Origin: an uncultured Chloroflexia bacterium
GTDB lineage: Bacteria; Chloroflexota; Limnocylindria; Limnocylindrales; CSP1-4
DNA length: 64,000 nt
Assembly: GCA_963768655.1 (NCBI GenBank)
Contig: CAVYIM010000004.1
Span: 64,001 to 128,000 of the forward strand
Reading direction: 5' to 3'
The notes below the pieces were generated by a model. That model searched no databases and was not told where the DNA came from. It saw only the letters and a list, made by a program, of their open reading frames with translations. The position numbers and the translations under genes are program-made. Of the stretch, positions 62,565 through 64,000 are shown piece after piece. Positions within the stretch are counted from its first letter, which is position 1, and every line of letters begins with the position of its first letter.

Positions 62565-64000
62565 ACGACGAACCGAGCGACATCTTCGAGGCCGACGCGG
62601 CCGCTGGCCTCAAGGAACTGGGCGCGGCCGATCCTGTCCTTGTCGAGCGCGTGGAAGGGACGGTGGCGGGCCTGCCCGATCGCAGGCGGCGGCCGGCGTT
62701 CCGGAGCGTGGTCAGCGCTGGGCGGATGCTCGGCCTGGGGGCCGCCATAGCTGTGGTCGCGATCGTCGCCGCCACCGTTCAGCTGGTTGTCTTGCGGCCC
62801 GCCGGCCCCGGCAGCCCGAGCCCGACAACGGATCTGAGCCCCATCCAGTTCGCGAGCGATCCCCGCATGCTCGCGTGCGAGAAGGCAGGCAACCGGACGC
62901 TCGACGACGTGCTGTACGCGTTCGAGCTGGCGCACGGAAAGGACTACCGGGCGAACCTCCAGATACCGGTCGAACCGGACCTGGCCAGTGCGGAGCAGCC
63001 GGCACTGGTGGTCGTCTTCACGACCGGCGACTCAATTGGCTTCCCGCAGCCGCCGCCTGGTGGCCTGGTGATCCCCCCGCCGCCCGGCTCGCACACCGTC
63101 TGCGTTGGACTCACCGGGGTGAAGGATCCCGTCATCATCACGAACTTGGACGAGTCCAAGATCGTCCTGCCGCCGGCTTCGGCACCACCGGGCCCGATCG
63201 CGAGCGTCTTCGCCGACACCAACAGCGTGCTCGCGGCGATGACCTGGGACCCAAGCCGGCAGTCGCTCTGGATCGTGACCTGGAATACCGGGCCCACGGC
63301 CGAACTCACGCGGGTCGGACTCGACGGCAAGAGCGAGAGCTGGCCGCTGCCGAACGGGCCGAACGTCCAGCCTCAACCGGAGATCCAGGGCGGACTCATC
63401 GTGCAGCCCATGCCGGCCGCCTGGTATGGCTGGGAGGCGACGGACGTGGTCGTCGACGGCGAGGGCAAGGTCTGGATCGCCGCCGGGTACGGGCTGATCC
63501 GTTTCGACCCGGACACGGGCAAGAGCCAGCTCCGGACATTCACGGAGTCGGATGCGACCAAGGTGTATCTGGATGGCGGTCACTGGCTCTCGGCGATCGC
63601 GGCGGATGGCGACGGTGTGCTGGTCGCGCGCGACGGCGAGTCAGCTCTGACCAGGATCGACGAGTCCCTCGCAGATGCGGGCACCGTCGCCCTGCCATCG
63701 AATTGGGCGGGCGTGCGCGGCATCGCGGTTCTCGGTGATCGAATTCTCGCGGGCTGTGTCTCCGGACTCGGCGTATTCGATCAAACCGGCGTCCAACTCG
63801 TCCAGGCCAGCGTCGCGGTCCAGTTCGCGTCGCTGCGGCCCATGGGCTCCGATCGGGCTGCCATCCTGCCAACGACGATAGGGGACAGCGATGCGACCGT
63901 GGTCGACGCGAGCGCCTCAACCATCGGCACGATCACGATCCCGATGGAGCCGATCAGGAGCAACCTCGCCTACGACCGCCTGGTCATCGCCACCGACTGG
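62561..64000 (+). CDS. Putative anti-sigma factor with large extracytoplasmic beta-rich region; runs off window
   Basis: ATGA overlap with sigma; MNDEPSDIFE...TM LGLGAAIAVVAIVAA...; propeller-like strands (VVVDGEGKVWIA, GLIRFDP); no stop seen before the end. Confidence 0.7.
   Translation, partial: MNDEPSDIFEADAAAGLKELGAADPVLVERVEGTVAGLPDRRRRPAFRSVVSAGRMLGLGAAIAVVAIVAATVQLVVLRPAGPGSPSPTTDLSPIQFASDPRMLACEKAGNRTLDDVLYAFELAHGKDYRANLQIPVEPDLASAEQPALVVVFTTGDSIGFPQPPPGGLVIPPPPGSHTVCVGLTGVKDPVIITNLDESKIVLPPASAPPGPIASVFADTNSVLAAMTWDPSRQSLWIVTWNTGPTAELTRVGLDGKSESWPLPNGPNVQPQPEIQGGLIVQPMPAAWYGWEATDVVVDGEGKVWIAAGYGLIRFDPDTGKSQLRTFTESDATKVYLDGGHWLSAIAADGDGVLVARDGESALTRIDESLADAGTVALPSNWAGVRGIAVLGDRILAGCVSGLGVFDQTGVQLVQASVAVQFASLRPMGSDRAAILPTTIGDSDATVVDASASTIGTITIPMEPIRSNLAYDRLVIATDW

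Overview
Very GC-rich (roughly 70% by eye) bacterial chromosomal segment. Gene style suggests a Chloroflexota- or Actinomycetota-like lineage (inference only). Left to right: the end of a YhaN-like SMC/AAA ATPase; yciI-like gene; two tandem paralogous membrane-anchored surface proteins; MFS transporter; citrate synthase; MarR/zinc-ribbon pair; ECF sigma/anti-sigma pair; a NarX/NarL-type two-component system followed by an operon for a ferredoxin-fused GltD/NfnB-like flavoprotein and two paralogous unknown membrane proteins; an IS630 remnant; a pentose-phosphate operon (tkt-rpiB-pgi-gnd-zwf-opcA-pgl); ino1 with a palindromic operator; a divergent SorC-regulated sugar/polyol locus (E1 alpha-beta fusion, E2, transaldolase / PHP protein, aldolase-SrlD fusion, SorE-like and Zn dehydrogenases); pyrG; a trimeric [FeFe]-hydrogenase hydCBA whose HydB lacks the C-terminal ferredoxin domain; rho; LysM-M23; obgE-nadD-rsfS; a four-subunit 2-oxoacid:ferredoxin oxidoreductase whose delta gene has no canonical start; and a second ECF sigma/anti-sigma pair. 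Four genes carry single-base frameshifts, most likely sequencing errors. No tRNA, rRNA or CRISPR array was recognised. Best candidates for an undescribed system: the flavoprotein/twin membrane protein module (10.8-16.6 kb) and the SorC locus (31.7-43.9 kb). All calls come from motif recognition by eye; no database search was run.
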